A DNA stretch of 64,000 nt from Takakia lepidozioides (GCA_030704615.1 CM060731.1:72106001-72170000), one strand, 5' to 3'. Shown: positions 13,200 through 25,868, counted from the first letter of the stretch. Numbers and translations are program-made. Notes: generated by a model not told the origin, from the sequence alone.

Positions 13200-13926
13200 A
13201 CACAGGTGTGTAACATGCCATGTAAACTAAGCCAACCCCTGCCACGCTCATGGCTATTTTCACACCGTTCTTGCCTGGGGTGTGGATCACATGTGAGACA
13301 CCCCACAGTTAGGGCATATTTAGACCCACACCTTGGCTCAGTGTACAGACCCGTGATAAAAGTCGTGGAATGTGCCAGGTGTGAGATGGCAGAGCCATGG
13401 AAAAAGCCGGTTTCTCTTCTAGTGCCAGGAACAGGAATTAGAGCAGCATGTAAGGGAACGCGAGCAAGCTAGGGTTATTGCATATCGTTACTCAAATGCC
13501 ATGCAAATCCGATCGTGGCCATGGTTGAAGGGGAATTGGCGGAATTGGGTGACATGGGCGGGCCATCTAGCATCGCGGGAAACACTGATAGAAGAAGCGT
13601 TGTCATCCCTCCAACGTGCAGCACGTTTGTCGAATCGAAGCGTAGATAGCATCTATGCTAATTTGCAAAAGCACGACACTATGCGTGATGTATTCACGTC
13701 AAAGTACACTGGATTCACCACATGGGGTGATGTGGATGCCATGTTTGAGCACTGTGTGCATACAATTTCCGATACCAATAAGAGCATAAACTGGGATTTG
13801 GAAGTAGAGGAGGAGTGGGACAGCAGGCCGAGGATGTCATCCAACATTTATGAGGATAAACGAATATGGATACCACGGAGCAATCCAGGGGTGGTTGGTT
13901 TCGAATTGTGTTGTCAAGTTAAATAA
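13200..13926 (+). pseudogene. Degenerate unknown ORF with CxxC motifs
   Basis: ORFs 13173-13472 (CLGC...CARC) and 13501-13926 have protein-like composition. No family recognised. Confidence 0.35.
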
Positions 13927-14399
13927 ACATAGTGTGAAACTAACTAGAATAAAGCTAGTTATTTGTATTTAACACTTGGATTTAGTTCAAGTATTAAGTC
14001 AGGTGTCAAGTTTAGTTTGACACCTGAACCGTCTTATCTTCACGAGAGCGTCAGTCGTGCGGCTCATCTCTCTCGAGTTGAGCCTGCACGACCGAGCTCC
14101 TTCATCGTTCATAATCTGAGTGTGCTTATGAAGGGAGGATAGGTTGTTGTGGGGTGGAGTCCCCATAGCTTGGGGTGCCCCTGGCTTGACTACTATTTTA
14201 AAGAGTGATGGTGTTGGATTTCATGTTTCTTGTGTGAACAGTGTGTTTTTAGTTTCTTATCACTCGAGAGAGATGACCTCTTACCTGTGAGTGCAAGGTA
14301 GGAGTTGAGGGTTAGCACTTGTATGATTACCTGTGTGTAAGTAATGCTTAGTTTGAGAAGCTTAAAAAAAAAAAAAAAAAAAAAAAAACATGCAGGTTT

Positions 14400-16320
14400 C
14401 GATCATCGTTGGTTTTTGGGTATATAGATGGTCCATGGAGGCAGGCTGCATGGCAAGCAGGGGCAAAGAACTGGTCTCGTTCTACTGGTTGAGGATAGCG
14501 TTGGTTCTGGCATGAGGCCGTCGGGGCAGGACGGAGCTATACTGCGGGGAAGCAGCCTTCGTTTTGGTCGGTGAGGAGACATCATGGTGTAACAGCGATT
14601 GGCCGTTCGGAAACTGACCAAGTGCGAGACTTAAAGGGGTACCTGTAATCGAGCAGATGAGTAGAACTTCCGTGCCTGGAGATGGTCGGGCTGCTCGCCT
14701 TAGTTCGATGTGCACCGACTAGAAGCGGTCAGTGAGGTCGTGTGCAGGGTAACTACAAGTGCCTCTTACCTTGTCATGCTCCTCGTCACACCCACACAAA
14801 CGCAGGGAAGAAATGAGGTGGAAGCAGACGTGTATGTGTCAAACTTGGACTGCTTCCTGGGTTGGGGGATGCTGTCTGCGTTCGTGAATTGTAGATAATG
14901 GGTTGCAAGGTGGAGCAATGTTGAGAGATTGGACACGTGCGGTTCCCATGCTCTGAGTGTCGTGAGCAGTCCCGCACCTGCCCTGCCTCCTGGGTGCCAA
15001 CACTTTTCGTTTTGTAAGATGAAGCTGACGAGTGGTGCAGGGTACAGAAAGACTTGGAGATCGAACATGTGACCGTAGCAGTAAAATCTGATTGATTTTC
15101 TGAGGCTCCTCTCCAGGCAAAGCACATCTTTCCACTGAAGTTGGGCTGTAGCTTTTCTTGACGCATGTGGGCACATTGGTAGTTGTCACAGTGGTTGTAT
15201 CTTCTTTCTTAGCCTGATCAGAGTCTGGCAGTTTCTCTAGCATGTCTGGCTTTTGCTGCAATTGAACCGTACCAGGAGCAGGAACTCCAAGAGCTTCGAA
15301 TGTGATTGGTGAGGTTGAGGGGCTGTGGAATGAGCAAGAGATAGGAATACCAAGGACCTTGGCGTATTCTGCTGCCTGGTGGTGTCCTGCAGTGTAGCCA
15401 TTCGTCCATTCATTGAATGCTGGAGGATGAGCAAACATGTGAAACAGCTTTGTAACTTGTGCACCTGCCAGAGGAGGGAGCAAGGCCATCAAGAACTGAA
15501 GGGATGACTTGCGCTGACTAGAAGCTAGGGTTTGCAAGAGAGCAAACTGCTGCTGCGAAAGATGGACAGAGCAGAACTGTGAATAGGCTCGCTGGCAGAT
15601 GGTTTGCTGAGGGGAGCGCCATAACTTAATGACTCTGGCTTCTAGAGAAGCGCCGAAAGAAGCAGCATATGTGGTCTTGGGAAATGATCAATGCACTGGT
15701 CTGATCCAGAAATTTCCCTTCTTGCCTTATCGACATCAGTTCTGCCCAATAACCAAGCGAGTGTAGCTGTGGCACTTTGAGCATCAATTGAAAGGCTTGT
15801 AAGCTGGAATCTGATGCGGCTTGAAGAATCTGACCGTGGAGGAATCAGATAAAAGGGAGCAGGGAAGGATGACAATTTAGGCATTAATGTGGTGTCATCT
15901 GAAACTGCCGGTCCCTTGAAGACAGAAGGGGCCCAGCTCACTACACGACCTGCTCGGTCTATTTGAACAATCTAGAACTTGAGGGCAACCTGTGCCAACT
16001 CCATGTAAAGGCTTACACAATCAGTGATAGCAGATCTGTTGCTGCCACCTTGAACAATCAGCACGCATGAAGGGCTGTAAGCGTTCTTGATCAAGCTAGT
16101 TAGCTCTGGTGCTTTCCGGGGTTGCATTGTAAGTGCTCTTGCTTTTGTTGGGAATATTGGTGCAAAGGATTAAGGCTCGGCATAGCTACGGATCTCGACT
16201 GGAGGAGAGCAGGTCACTGGGAACCAAGAGCTGTGGGGGTGCATTTGTAAACACAACTGAAATCCTGGGAATTATAGGTCACGCCGCAAGGGAGTCTGTG
16301 GTGAGAACTACATGAACACG
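14400..16320 (-). pseudogene. Unidentified degenerate intronless coding sequence (probably TE-derived)
   Basis: Consecutive long minus-strand frames (15642-15941, 14839-15537, 14766-15176). No motif recognised. Confidence 0.3.
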
Positions 16321-16329
16321 TTTGGAACC

Positions 16330-17555
16330 TGTTAAGATAACGTGGGAACAGCTTTCAATGGCGATAACGTTTTGGTGTTTAAAATAATTATTAAAAAAAA
16401 GAAAAAAACCCTTTTGATCTAATTTAAATGATTTAGAGCCTAATTGGTCATATCTTTGTCATATGAGCTCCGTTTGACACAGTTTTTGAGGGGATAGCTG
16501 CAGAAAGGGGAAATCTACCTATCTCTGGTTTTAATTTTTTGGACTCTGCTAAAAATCTATGGAATTTTTAGAGTGTGAGTGTGCCATGAAAGATCCACAA
16601 TTCTGTTTCTAGAACCTGTTCTAGTCTATATGAGAGAGAAATCTGTGGATGTCCTCCTTGTATGGCTGGGGGAAATGAGGATGTAATTGAAGGGCATGTC
16701 TCTTCTCTTAGCCTGTGCACACAAGGGGACAAGATTTATGTTTCCCAAGGGGCTCAGACTGATTTGAGTGGAGAGCAGTTGGGCAAGTTGATTGCATACT
16801 GGGAGTCAGACATTAGCAGTAGACAGCAAACTGGTGTAGTTGGCGTTGAGGGCCTCAATATTGCTTTGGATAGTCAGAACTCTGTTGGAGCCAGCAGTTC
16901 TGCAGCTGTAGGTGAAATACCAAAGTGGGTGAAAGCTAGGCTTGGAACACAGCCAAAGACAGCCCCGGGGACCAAGGTGTTTAGCCACAAGGCCGTGGTG
17001 TACTGGAGCAGAGGAGTAGGAGCTACACAAGTTTGTGCAATCAGACATGGTTGCAGCCGGACACGTTCTACACGGGGCAACCACGAGCGGGGGTTCATTA
17101 GCAATGAAAAGTTTGTTCTGCTTGAAGAAGATGCAGTCATTCGCAATGAGGACACCCGCAACCGTCTCAAAGCTTTCGAGTTGAGAGACTGTCAGACCCT
17201 ACCTTTATTTTCTTTAGTGTTCAGTGAGCGGGAGATAGGGGAGTATTGCTTTGTCTCTACCTGGTAGAAAGAGGAGGAGGGTTGGTTAGAGCGAGCTACT
17301 GTAGTTTGGGACAAGGTTAGTGGCAGGTTTCTGGACATAGATATACCTCCTACACCTTACCATCATGCAGAGCGAGGCACTTTGAGAGAAGTCTGGCAGT
17401 TGATAGCATAGATCAGGATTAGATCTTGCTTGGTCGGGCTTCTATTCTTCCCCTCCCTCTCTTTACTATTTTCATTACTTTGTACTTGTAGTTGTAGCAC
17501 ACACAAGAGGTCCGTTTGGGTTCATGGTCTGTCAAATCCTCCATGGGTCATGACA
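16330..17555. mobile_element. Possible LTR-retroelement remnant or solo LTR containing a 201-aa ORF
   Basis: Begins TGTTA and ends near ..TGACA. Contains ORF 16662-17267 and a pyrimidine-rich U5-like tail. No TSD found. Confidence 0.3.
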
Positions 17556-18019
17556 CAAGGTTGATGACAATGTGGTGAGGGCACCTTCTTCTTCGACCTA
17601 ATTCAACCTGTTTTGCCCTCTCATCAGACTCGGCCCTGAATTTGCAGCACGGAGCAGAGCTCGTATGAGTTTTTTTTACAGATCCTTCACGATGGTGGGA
17701 CAATCGCAATCGCAAGGTGTGGCTTTTTCTTAATGTAGGATGTGAAGAAGTTTGTCCATCCTGCAAATGTGGGCTTTTGGCTCCTGTTAGTACCATGATT
17801 TGGTATTCTTCCTGATGTTTACAAGGTTCTTGGGAGAGTCAGCTTGGTCTTAGCAGGTCGTGTTTCAATCTCTGCTCGCTTAGCTGTACCATGGTGGTTC
17901 TCATGGACCAATCCGACTTTTTTTTTCCCCCTCATGCACTAAGCCCCACTAAGCCCTATCGATGCTATGCACTTAAGTCCTCGCTGATGTTTACAAGGTT
18001 CTTGGGAGAGTCAGCTTGG

Positions 18020-20120
18020 TCCAGGGTATGCACGGCAGGGACGTGGGATGGAGGCTTTGGAGACCTATGAGCAAAGGATGGGGGAAACACATCATGTTTG
18101 TGTGCATTTGCAATGCTTGTGCAAGCCTCGCAGCCCTGGAGAAGGGCAAGTCTGAACACTGCCTTGGCAGCTTTGGAAAAGGGGAAAGAGGTCCATGGCG
18201 TCATCTTCAGAGCTGGAATTGTATGAGATGTCATTCTGAACAATACCCTGGTGAACATGTTTGCCAAATGTGGGTGCATCTAGAATGGAAAGGGAGTGTT
18301 TGACACTATGGCTGAACGAGATGTGGTGTCGTGGAGTGCGATGCTTGCAGGGTATGCATGGCAGGGACGTGGGATGGAAGCTTTGGAGAGCTATGAGAAA
18401 ATGATGGGGGAAGCACATCATGTTTGTGTGCATTTGCAATGTGCGTGCAAGCCTGGCAGCCTTGGAGACGGGCAAAAGATGCATAGGGATATCATCAAAG
18501 TTGGAATTGTGCCAAATGTCAATCTGAACATTGCCCTGGCAACTTTGGAAATGGGGAAAGAGGTGCATGGCGACATCTTCAGAGCTGGAATTGTACCAGA
18601 TGACATTCTGAACAATACCCTGGTGGACATGTTTGCAAAATGTGGGGGTATCTAGGATGCAAAGGGAGTGTTCGACACTATGGCTGAACGACATGTGGTG
18701 TCATGGAGTGCGATATGATGTGCTTGCAGGGTATGCATAGCAGGGATGTGGAATGGAGGCTTTGGAGAGCTATGAGCAAATGATGGGGGAAGCACATCAT
18801 GTTTGTGTGCATTTGCAATGCTTGTGCAAGCCTGGTAGCCGGCCTGGAGAAGGGCAAAGAGATGCATGGGGATATCATCAAAGCTGGAATTGTACCAAAT
18901 GTCAATCTGAACACTGCCCTGGCAGCTTTGGAAAAGGGGAAAGAGGTCCACATGGCGACATCTTCAGAGCTGGAATTGTACCAAGGTGAATGCTTGTCAG
19001 ATTACCAGATGCAAAGAGGTGCATGGTTGCATCGCCAAAGGCAGCAGCTGCAGTGGAACAGTTGATAAAGTCAGGCACCTCAACCACGACCACAGCTTCT
19101 GGAAGAGGATCAAGAGAGGGAGTCCAAAATGCCTCTTCTGGCACTTATGGGCATAAGTGCATCAAGATGAAAGGCCTTGAAGCTAGAAAGCAGCTGCACA
19201 CTCGCATTATAAAATCAGGCACTGCTAATGAAGGCACCTTCTCCAACACATTTCACCCTATTTTTCCTTCTTATCAGAATCGGCCCTAAATTTCCATGTT
19301 GAATTCTGCAAGTTAGCTGGTTGAGTGAATCTTTGTTTGGGGTGACTTTGACATGATATTGCCAATGTGACAACAAGAAAGTATCCAAAAACAGGTAACA
19401 GACATGAGAAGAAGCTGTGGGATGAACACTTTTCTGACCCCAGTAACTGGTGGGACAACCGAGGCAAAAAGGTGAATGCCTGTTAGATTACAGAGTGTAG
19501 CAGATGCAATTGACCATAGGAACTAGTGTGATAAGTTGAGTTGGGTGCAATTGCACTCTCCCTTTCCTCTCTGCTTCTATTTGTTATTCAAAGGTAGGAT
19601 TCCTACCCTTAGTTTAAATTTCAGTCTGGGGCCGAGAGTGGGTAGACCCTTGAGGTCATCCATGATGTCCTCCCCCATGTCACGGACTGGAAACAAGTCC
19701 AGGGAAGTTTTCTGTCTAACTTCATTTTCATCAGACAATTTTCTGGAAACGGACATGGCTTTGGACACTACAGCCTCTAAGTCAGTAGGGTTGGGGCATT
19801 TGCTGGAACAATTCTAAAAGGTGAATGTCTGTCAGATTACCAGATGTCATTTTGAACACTGCCCTTGCCCTAGTGGACATGTATGCCAAATGTGGGTGCA
19901 TCGAGGATGCCAAGGGAGTGTTCAACACTATGGCTGAACGAGATGTGGTGTCGTGGAGTGCGATGCTTGTAGGGTGTGCACAGCAAGGGCATGGGATGGA
20001 GGCTTTGGAGACCTATGAGCAAATGATGGGGGAAGGGGTAAAGCCCAACCGCATCACGTTTGTGTGCAAGCTCCAGATTACCTATGATTCCCTGTGGATC
20101 TCTACCAACCTGCATGGGTA
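18020..20120 (+). pseudogene. PLS-class PPR pseudogene fragments, internally duplicated
   Basis: Repeated NTLVDMFAKCG..DAKGVFDTMAERDVVSWSAML.GYA.QG.GMEALE.YEQM..EG and GKEVHGDI..AG motifs, with many frameshifts and stops. Confidence 0.9.
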
Positions 20121-20860
20121 GATGGTCAACTAGAAGCTGCAATAGCAGCGACACAATTAATAAAATCAGGCACTGCTAATGAAGGCACCTTCTTCAACAT
20201 ATTCCACCCTATTTTTCCAACTTATCAGAATCGGCCATGTTGAATTCTGCAAGTTAGCTGGTTGAGTGAACCTTTGATAGTTTGGAGTGACTGACATGAT
20301 ACTGCCAATGTGACAACAGAAAGTATCCAGAAACAAGTAACAGAGATAAGGAGAAGGTGTGGAATGAACACTTTTTTGACCCCAGTCAATGGTGGGACGA
20401 TCGAGGCAAGAAGGTGAATGCCTGTTGGATTATAGAGAGTAGCAGATGCAATTGAGCATAGGAACTAGTGTGATAAGTAGGGTTGGGGTGTTTGCTGGAA
20501 CTAGGCTGTCATTGTCAGCTGCTAGCAGCAAGCCAAAGATGAATGCATGATTTGTAGGGTGACATACCCTATTGCTGAAATCTGGCCCTCTTGGATGAAT
20601 CTGGACCTTCAGCTATCCATGGATTACAAAGAGTAGTAGATGCAATTGAGCATAGGAACTAGAGTGATAAGTTAAGTTGGGTGTTTCCTAGAACAAATGT
20701 AGGCCGTCATTGTCAGCTACTAGCAGCAAGGCAAGGATGTATGCATGGTTTGTGCAGAGGCATGGATAGCTGAAGGAGTAGGGATGGATTGTGGGTCCAG
20801 ATTCATCCAAGAGGGCCAGATTTCAAGCATAAGGTTACCTATGATTCCCTGTGGAGACGT
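19400..20860 (+). pseudogene. OSB/PTAC9-type PDF-motif exons associated with the PPR fragments
   Basis: EKKLWDEHFSDPSNWWDNRGKK (~19405), EKVWNEHFFDPSQWWDDRGKK (~20350) and IHPRGPDFKHKVTYDSLW (~20800). Confidence 0.75.
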
Positions 20861-21039
20861 AGTGTAGATATAGTATGTCACCCTTTATCATGGCTGGATT
20901 TTGTTGACTCTGTTCCAACACTTACTGCCTTGGATTCTATTCTGTTTTTTGAATGGTGAACCTTCAAGAATATTTGGATTTGCAGATTCACTTCGAATGT
21001 ATGGGAATTGTAGGAGAATTATATGGGAATGCATGAATC

Positions 21040-21715
21040 ACTTACACACCACTCTGTCAGTGGTATATATAAGACTGTGACAGTATGCAAGAGTGGTTGT
21101 ACTCCTCCAGATGTAGCCCCAATCACTTACATACCACTCTAGTAATAATTCAAAAACATGGTTCCTTCTTGGTGGGACGCAGATGACTTAGTCAGTGGTT
21201 TTAGCACACAACCTAACCACTACATCAATACTGGTAGAACCACTTCGTCAGTGGTTTTAGCACACAACCTAACCACTACATTGATACTGGTAGAACCACT
21301 CAGTAAGTGGTTTTAGCACACATCAATACAATTAGAACCACACATTCAATGATAATATACATTGTTTATTCTTGAATCATGACCATTAGAGTCATTTAAG
21401 TCTCACTCACAGAGTTGTTTGTGAAGTCATTGCATTTTTCAGCACATCCCTAAAATAGGGCACGTGCTCATCTGCAATATTGCCACGTGTCCAGATAATG
21501 GAGCCCATAATCGTCTAACTGGATTCGGCTACGTGTCCGTATGGATATGGACACGTGTCCGTCCATTGTTAAGTATGATCGACGGAGTTGCTGCGTCCAC
21601 GTCGCATACGGTGGAAGTGGTCTATGTTCTGAAGTGGTTAGTTTACCATTGTGACACGTCAGACGTGACTTGGCTTACCATTGTGACATGTCATAAGTGA
21701 TTAGTTTACCACTGT
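21040..21715. repeat. CACTA-like subterminal region with AACCACT/AGTGGTT motifs and a ~58-bp tandem duplication
   Basis: Same heptamer as next to the CACTA termini at 23576 and 45791. gtcagtggttttagcacacaacctaaccactaca is repeated. Confidence 0.55.
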
Positions 21716-22370
21716 GACACGTAAGCGAACAGCTAGACTCGGAGGCAAGGATTGCAATTGGGCTTGTTGCACGTGCCCATGGGCAATGAAGGGAAACTTA
21801 TGCAAGCATCAGGTCTGTGTCATGAAGATGCTTCACCCTGACCTGCAGGATGGCCTCCTTGTGCGCGCTTGTGGCACGGCGCTGGGAGCCATTCATGGAG
21901 GATTACCTAACTTGCTCTTGGGCAATGGTGCCGGCGTGAACGATGAATCCAATCAGTTCATGGAAAGACATCCTCCGGACGACTTCCCCTACGACGAGGC
22001 ACCTCTAGAGGACTCAACCTCTATGGAACAAGAATTCGCGGACATACTTCGCATTGTAGGTGATGACAAATACCTGGAGGCACATGCCCGATCTGTTCTT
22101 CGTATCTGCAGAGGGTAGCTTATTGATATCCTGGCGAAAAGTACGGCTGGAATGTTGCACCCTGCGGCAGCGAAGGCTTTCCGTCCTCTGAATGACAACA
22201 ACAACATGTCTCTGAAAAGGAGACGAGATTTCGTGAAGGCCTGGAAAACCCGGCCTAGGGTTTTGCGGAGAACCACCAAGAGGGTGTCTGCACCTGCACC
22301 CGCAGCACATATATACTCGAAAATTCGCAAGGTTTCAGGTCGTGTAGGTGTCACCAAGAAAACAATATAA
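21714..22370 (+). mobile_element. MULE transposase C-terminal fragment (SWIM zinc finger)
   Basis: WACCTCPWAMKGNLCKHQV is the CxC-n-CKH SWIM motif. Confidence 0.75.
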
Positions 22371-23199
22371 TTCTGCAATTGGTAGCATTGTCTTTTTCTG
22401 AAATACAAGTCCGTCAGTCTGGTGGCATGCGCACACAACATTGAGTCCACTTTCATGTGCACATTAACAGTACTCATCTACAGTCTCCACAATCCCAGCA
22501 GACCCAAACTCCCATCACGCGGCTGCAGAGTCCCCCAATGGACTCCTGCACAGTCTCCCAACAGACTCCTCCACAGTATCCCAACTGACTCCCATGCAGT
22601 CTCCCAACGGACTCACGCACAGTCTCCCAACGGACTCACGCACAGTCTCCCAATAGACTCACAGTCAACAGATTGCGCACGTCAGTAAGCCAGTCTGTTG
22701 GTCAGTTTGCTACCCAGTTCGCTGTCTACTCCGAACGTCTGCTCACCACACTGCCACCTCATCCCTGCAACTCTCCCAGCAGACTGCTGGACAGACTAAG
22801 TCTCAAGCAGACTCATCCACAACAGTGGACTCAAAATGGACAGGCTCCCAGTGGACTACCTCCCTAACGACTCATGCCAATCCAGCATCCCAGCGGACTC
22901 ATGGACATGGTGCCTACCAGACTAGGTACCAGACTAGGTACCAGACCTACCAATCCCATCCTCGGCAGCATACTGCTCGCACATTCAAGCTCAGCAGACT
23001 CGGGTGCACAATGCATGAAAAAATTGAGACCATTGTGTCCATTGAGTTTAGTGACAACATTACAAAACATGCCAGCACCCACAGTACACAAAAGTGCTCA
23101 TCAATCACCACTGGAATAGTAAGCGAAAAGACTCGCATTTTTTTATTTTGGTACACAGACTTCACAGGACAAGTACATCATACTCATGAGAGCAGTTTC

Positions 23200-23575
23200 T
23201 CTAGATTGTCCAACCCCCGCACGATATACTGGGCACACCGCATTCACTGCCCAAGTGCAAACTTGAAAGTAAACCAGTCATTCGTAAAAGGTGTTCCTCT
23301 ATCTGGCTTTGCAGTTTTAGAGACATTTCCTCTGACTTTTGCCCACTCATAAAACACTTGAATGAATGACATGACGTAAAAGCCACACTCCTAGCTGAAT
23401 GGTTGCTGGGGCACATTGGGACTGAGATGCTTGGACAATCTCGTGCCACTCCGGTGAGTCCATCGAGTACCCTAAGCACCCAGCATGAAGCTTCCGAATC
23501 CACCCTAGAACAAAGGGACAACTATGCATGTCCCTGATAGAGTTCAAGTGAGTGTAACAACCCTTGCGGAGGTCG
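23200..23575 (-). pseudogene. Ulp1/C48 SUMO-protease C-terminal half (MULE cargo)
   Basis: Manual translation: DLRKGCYTHLNSIRDMH...NVPQQPFS*ECGFYVMSFIQVF...NDWF, covering the catalytic Asp region, the oxyanion Gln and the catalytic Cys. Confidence 0.75.
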
Positions 23576-23830
23576 CACTAGAGGAAAAACGCGGAATAAC
23601 CACTCTGGCAACCACTCATTTTGAGTGGGAAAAGATACCCAACCACTCTGGCCCCAGAGTGGACCCGTGGGTCATCAAATGGATTGCGTACCAGTAGTGT
23701 GTTAGCACACGGCCAGTGAGGTCCCATATAAGCCAGTCCACTCTACGACCACTCATCTTGCCTTTCCCCATGACAAGTCTTGTCTTCCCCCATGGCAAGT
23801 CTTGCCTTCCCCCATGGCAAGTCTTGCCTC
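23576..23830. mobile_element. CACTA terminus (TIR + subterminal repeats)
   Basis: CACTAGAGGAAAAACGCGGAATAACCACT, identical to 45791-45819, followed by AACCACT and cccatggcaagtcttg repeats. Confidence 0.85.
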
Positions 23831-24393
23831 CAGATTTCCATGGTATGCCTCAATGCTGGCGTTTGTGTCTTGGCTGAATGTTGTCCAGCCACCAGTCATT
23901 AATATTGTTCAACGACCTGTCATTCCTCAGCTTTAAACACTTGTCACCCCTCCTATTTGTGCCTACCACTTGCTGTTAATCATAGTCCAGCCAGAGTTGA
24001 TCTCTCTATTGATGAAGATGACAACTTTAATGCGGAAGATGAGAGAATACATTATGGTCCTCCAACCAGCCCACATTCTGGAGTTTGACGATCAACTGAG
24101 CCCGAAGGCCATCTTGGAAGTTACAACAATCTCTTAGTTATCTATTTGGCGGCCATCCATAGTGACGATATTCCTCAAACTTTTGCGGGAGCTGTGACAT
24201 GTCAAGATGCTGAGAAATGGATGTATGCAATTCAAGATGAGAATAAACTTTTTAATGACCAATAAAACATGGATTTTTATAAACTTATCTGAAGGAAGAT
24301 ATGCAATTGGATGCAAATGGTTATTTTGAATTAAAACTAAATGAGATGGATCTATAGATTGTTGTAAAGTACGTCTAGTGTTGAAAGGCTATA

Positions 24394-24829
24394 CTCCGTT
24401 GAAGTTAATAGGACTTAAGTCCTAAGAAAGAGACTTGGCAAGCTGAGGAAAGAAAAAAACCTAAGCTCTCAACGGTTCTTCAAAAAGCGAAATTTATTTC
24501 TATGCATAAAATTTGTGAGGTCGTCAATTCAATTTACAATGAATAATAGATGGTGAGGGGTGAATCTCCATATCTCTACGTTCTCATTTGCTTTCAAAAA
24601 AGAAATGACAGAGGGGGAGAGGCAAGCTGCTTCCTCATCTATCTTTAGGCCCAGATTTGAACTGCCTATCAGATAGTCTCTTGCTGCGCTTTGCCTGTGA
24701 GCTGGGTTTTAGAAAGATCATTTGTGACACTTTTGTCATTACCAGAAGCAAAAAGCAATTTGTTGAAATGACAAAAGGTCATCCAGCGAAAAAGAAAGGA
24801 AACATCCGTATCTTATGAAGACGAAGGAG
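24394..24829. mobile_element. MITE-like 436-bp insertion in the Copia RT
   Basis: Ends CTCC...GGAG and is flanked by an ATA/ATA duplication. Removing it restores KGYTQFFGVDF. Confidence 0.75.
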
Positions 24830-25784
24830 ATACACAATTTTTTGGAGTAGATTTTCAAGATACTTTCTCTCCCGTAGTTAAAATGAGTTCATTTCGGATG
24901 CTACTAGCATTTGCGGCTCATTATGATACATAAATAGATGAGAAATAGATATAGATAGATAGATAGATATAGATATAGGTCCAATAATAGAAATGGATAT
25001 AAAAACCGCTTTTCTACATGGTGATCTTCATGAATTTTTATATATTATGCGACAACTAAAAAGATTTATTAAAAATGGAAAAGGACATCTAGTATGTAAA
25101 CTGTATAAGTCTATCTATGGTTTAAAATAGTAGTCTAGAACATGGTATATGAAAAAGATTCGTTTTTAATATACACTTATTTCCAGAAATGCACAACAGA
25201 TAGTAATGTCGACATAAAGAGAGAGGGGGACGAGTATCTAATTATAGCTCTACATGTAGATGATTTCTTTATCTTTACAATGAACCTAAAGGATTATTAC
25301 CGTACTTGCCTATGCTAATTCGTCAGGACCTGCCTGTTTCATGTACATGTGGCTAGTACAATGGTATTGCAAGTGATTATGGGGGGCAGATCTTGGGGTT
25401 TGAATTTCCTGACATTCCTTCCTGGGAAGGATTTATTTTAAAATTTTCCGGCAGTCTGTTTTTGCATTTAATTATCATCGGAAGGTAGTTAGTTGAAGTA
25501 AAAGGCTGATGAAAAACTAAATTTCAAATGACATATAAGACTAAAGTTGGACACCTTCATGACACATCAGACCGTGGTTTGAACCCACAACCACATCCAA
25601 CGTGGTATGTGCCCATTATCACTGGGCTACATGCTGGTTGTCGACTAAATTAAGCTATGGACTTGGAATAGAGGTAAGCAGCAAAAGAGAAAAACAATTC
25701 ACATGAGTCAATCTAAATATATAATTGATATTTCTGAAGAGATTCAATATGGAACATAGTACACTTGTTAGTACATAAGTATTC

Positions 25785-25868
25785 CTTTATAGGGCCCACC
25801 CCCCAAAGGGAGCAGTAGCCGCAAGGCGAAGTGGCATGCCGGCTCTGGCCTGAGTCTTCTCTCTCTAC
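25785..25868 (+). mobile_element. Short retroposed copy of the 3' end of the RLE-type LINE at 62.0-62.8 kb
   Basis: ttatagggcccacc..aaagggagcagtagccgcaaggcgaagtggc..gccggc..gagtcttctctct is the reverse complement of 62031-62116. Confidence 0.75.
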
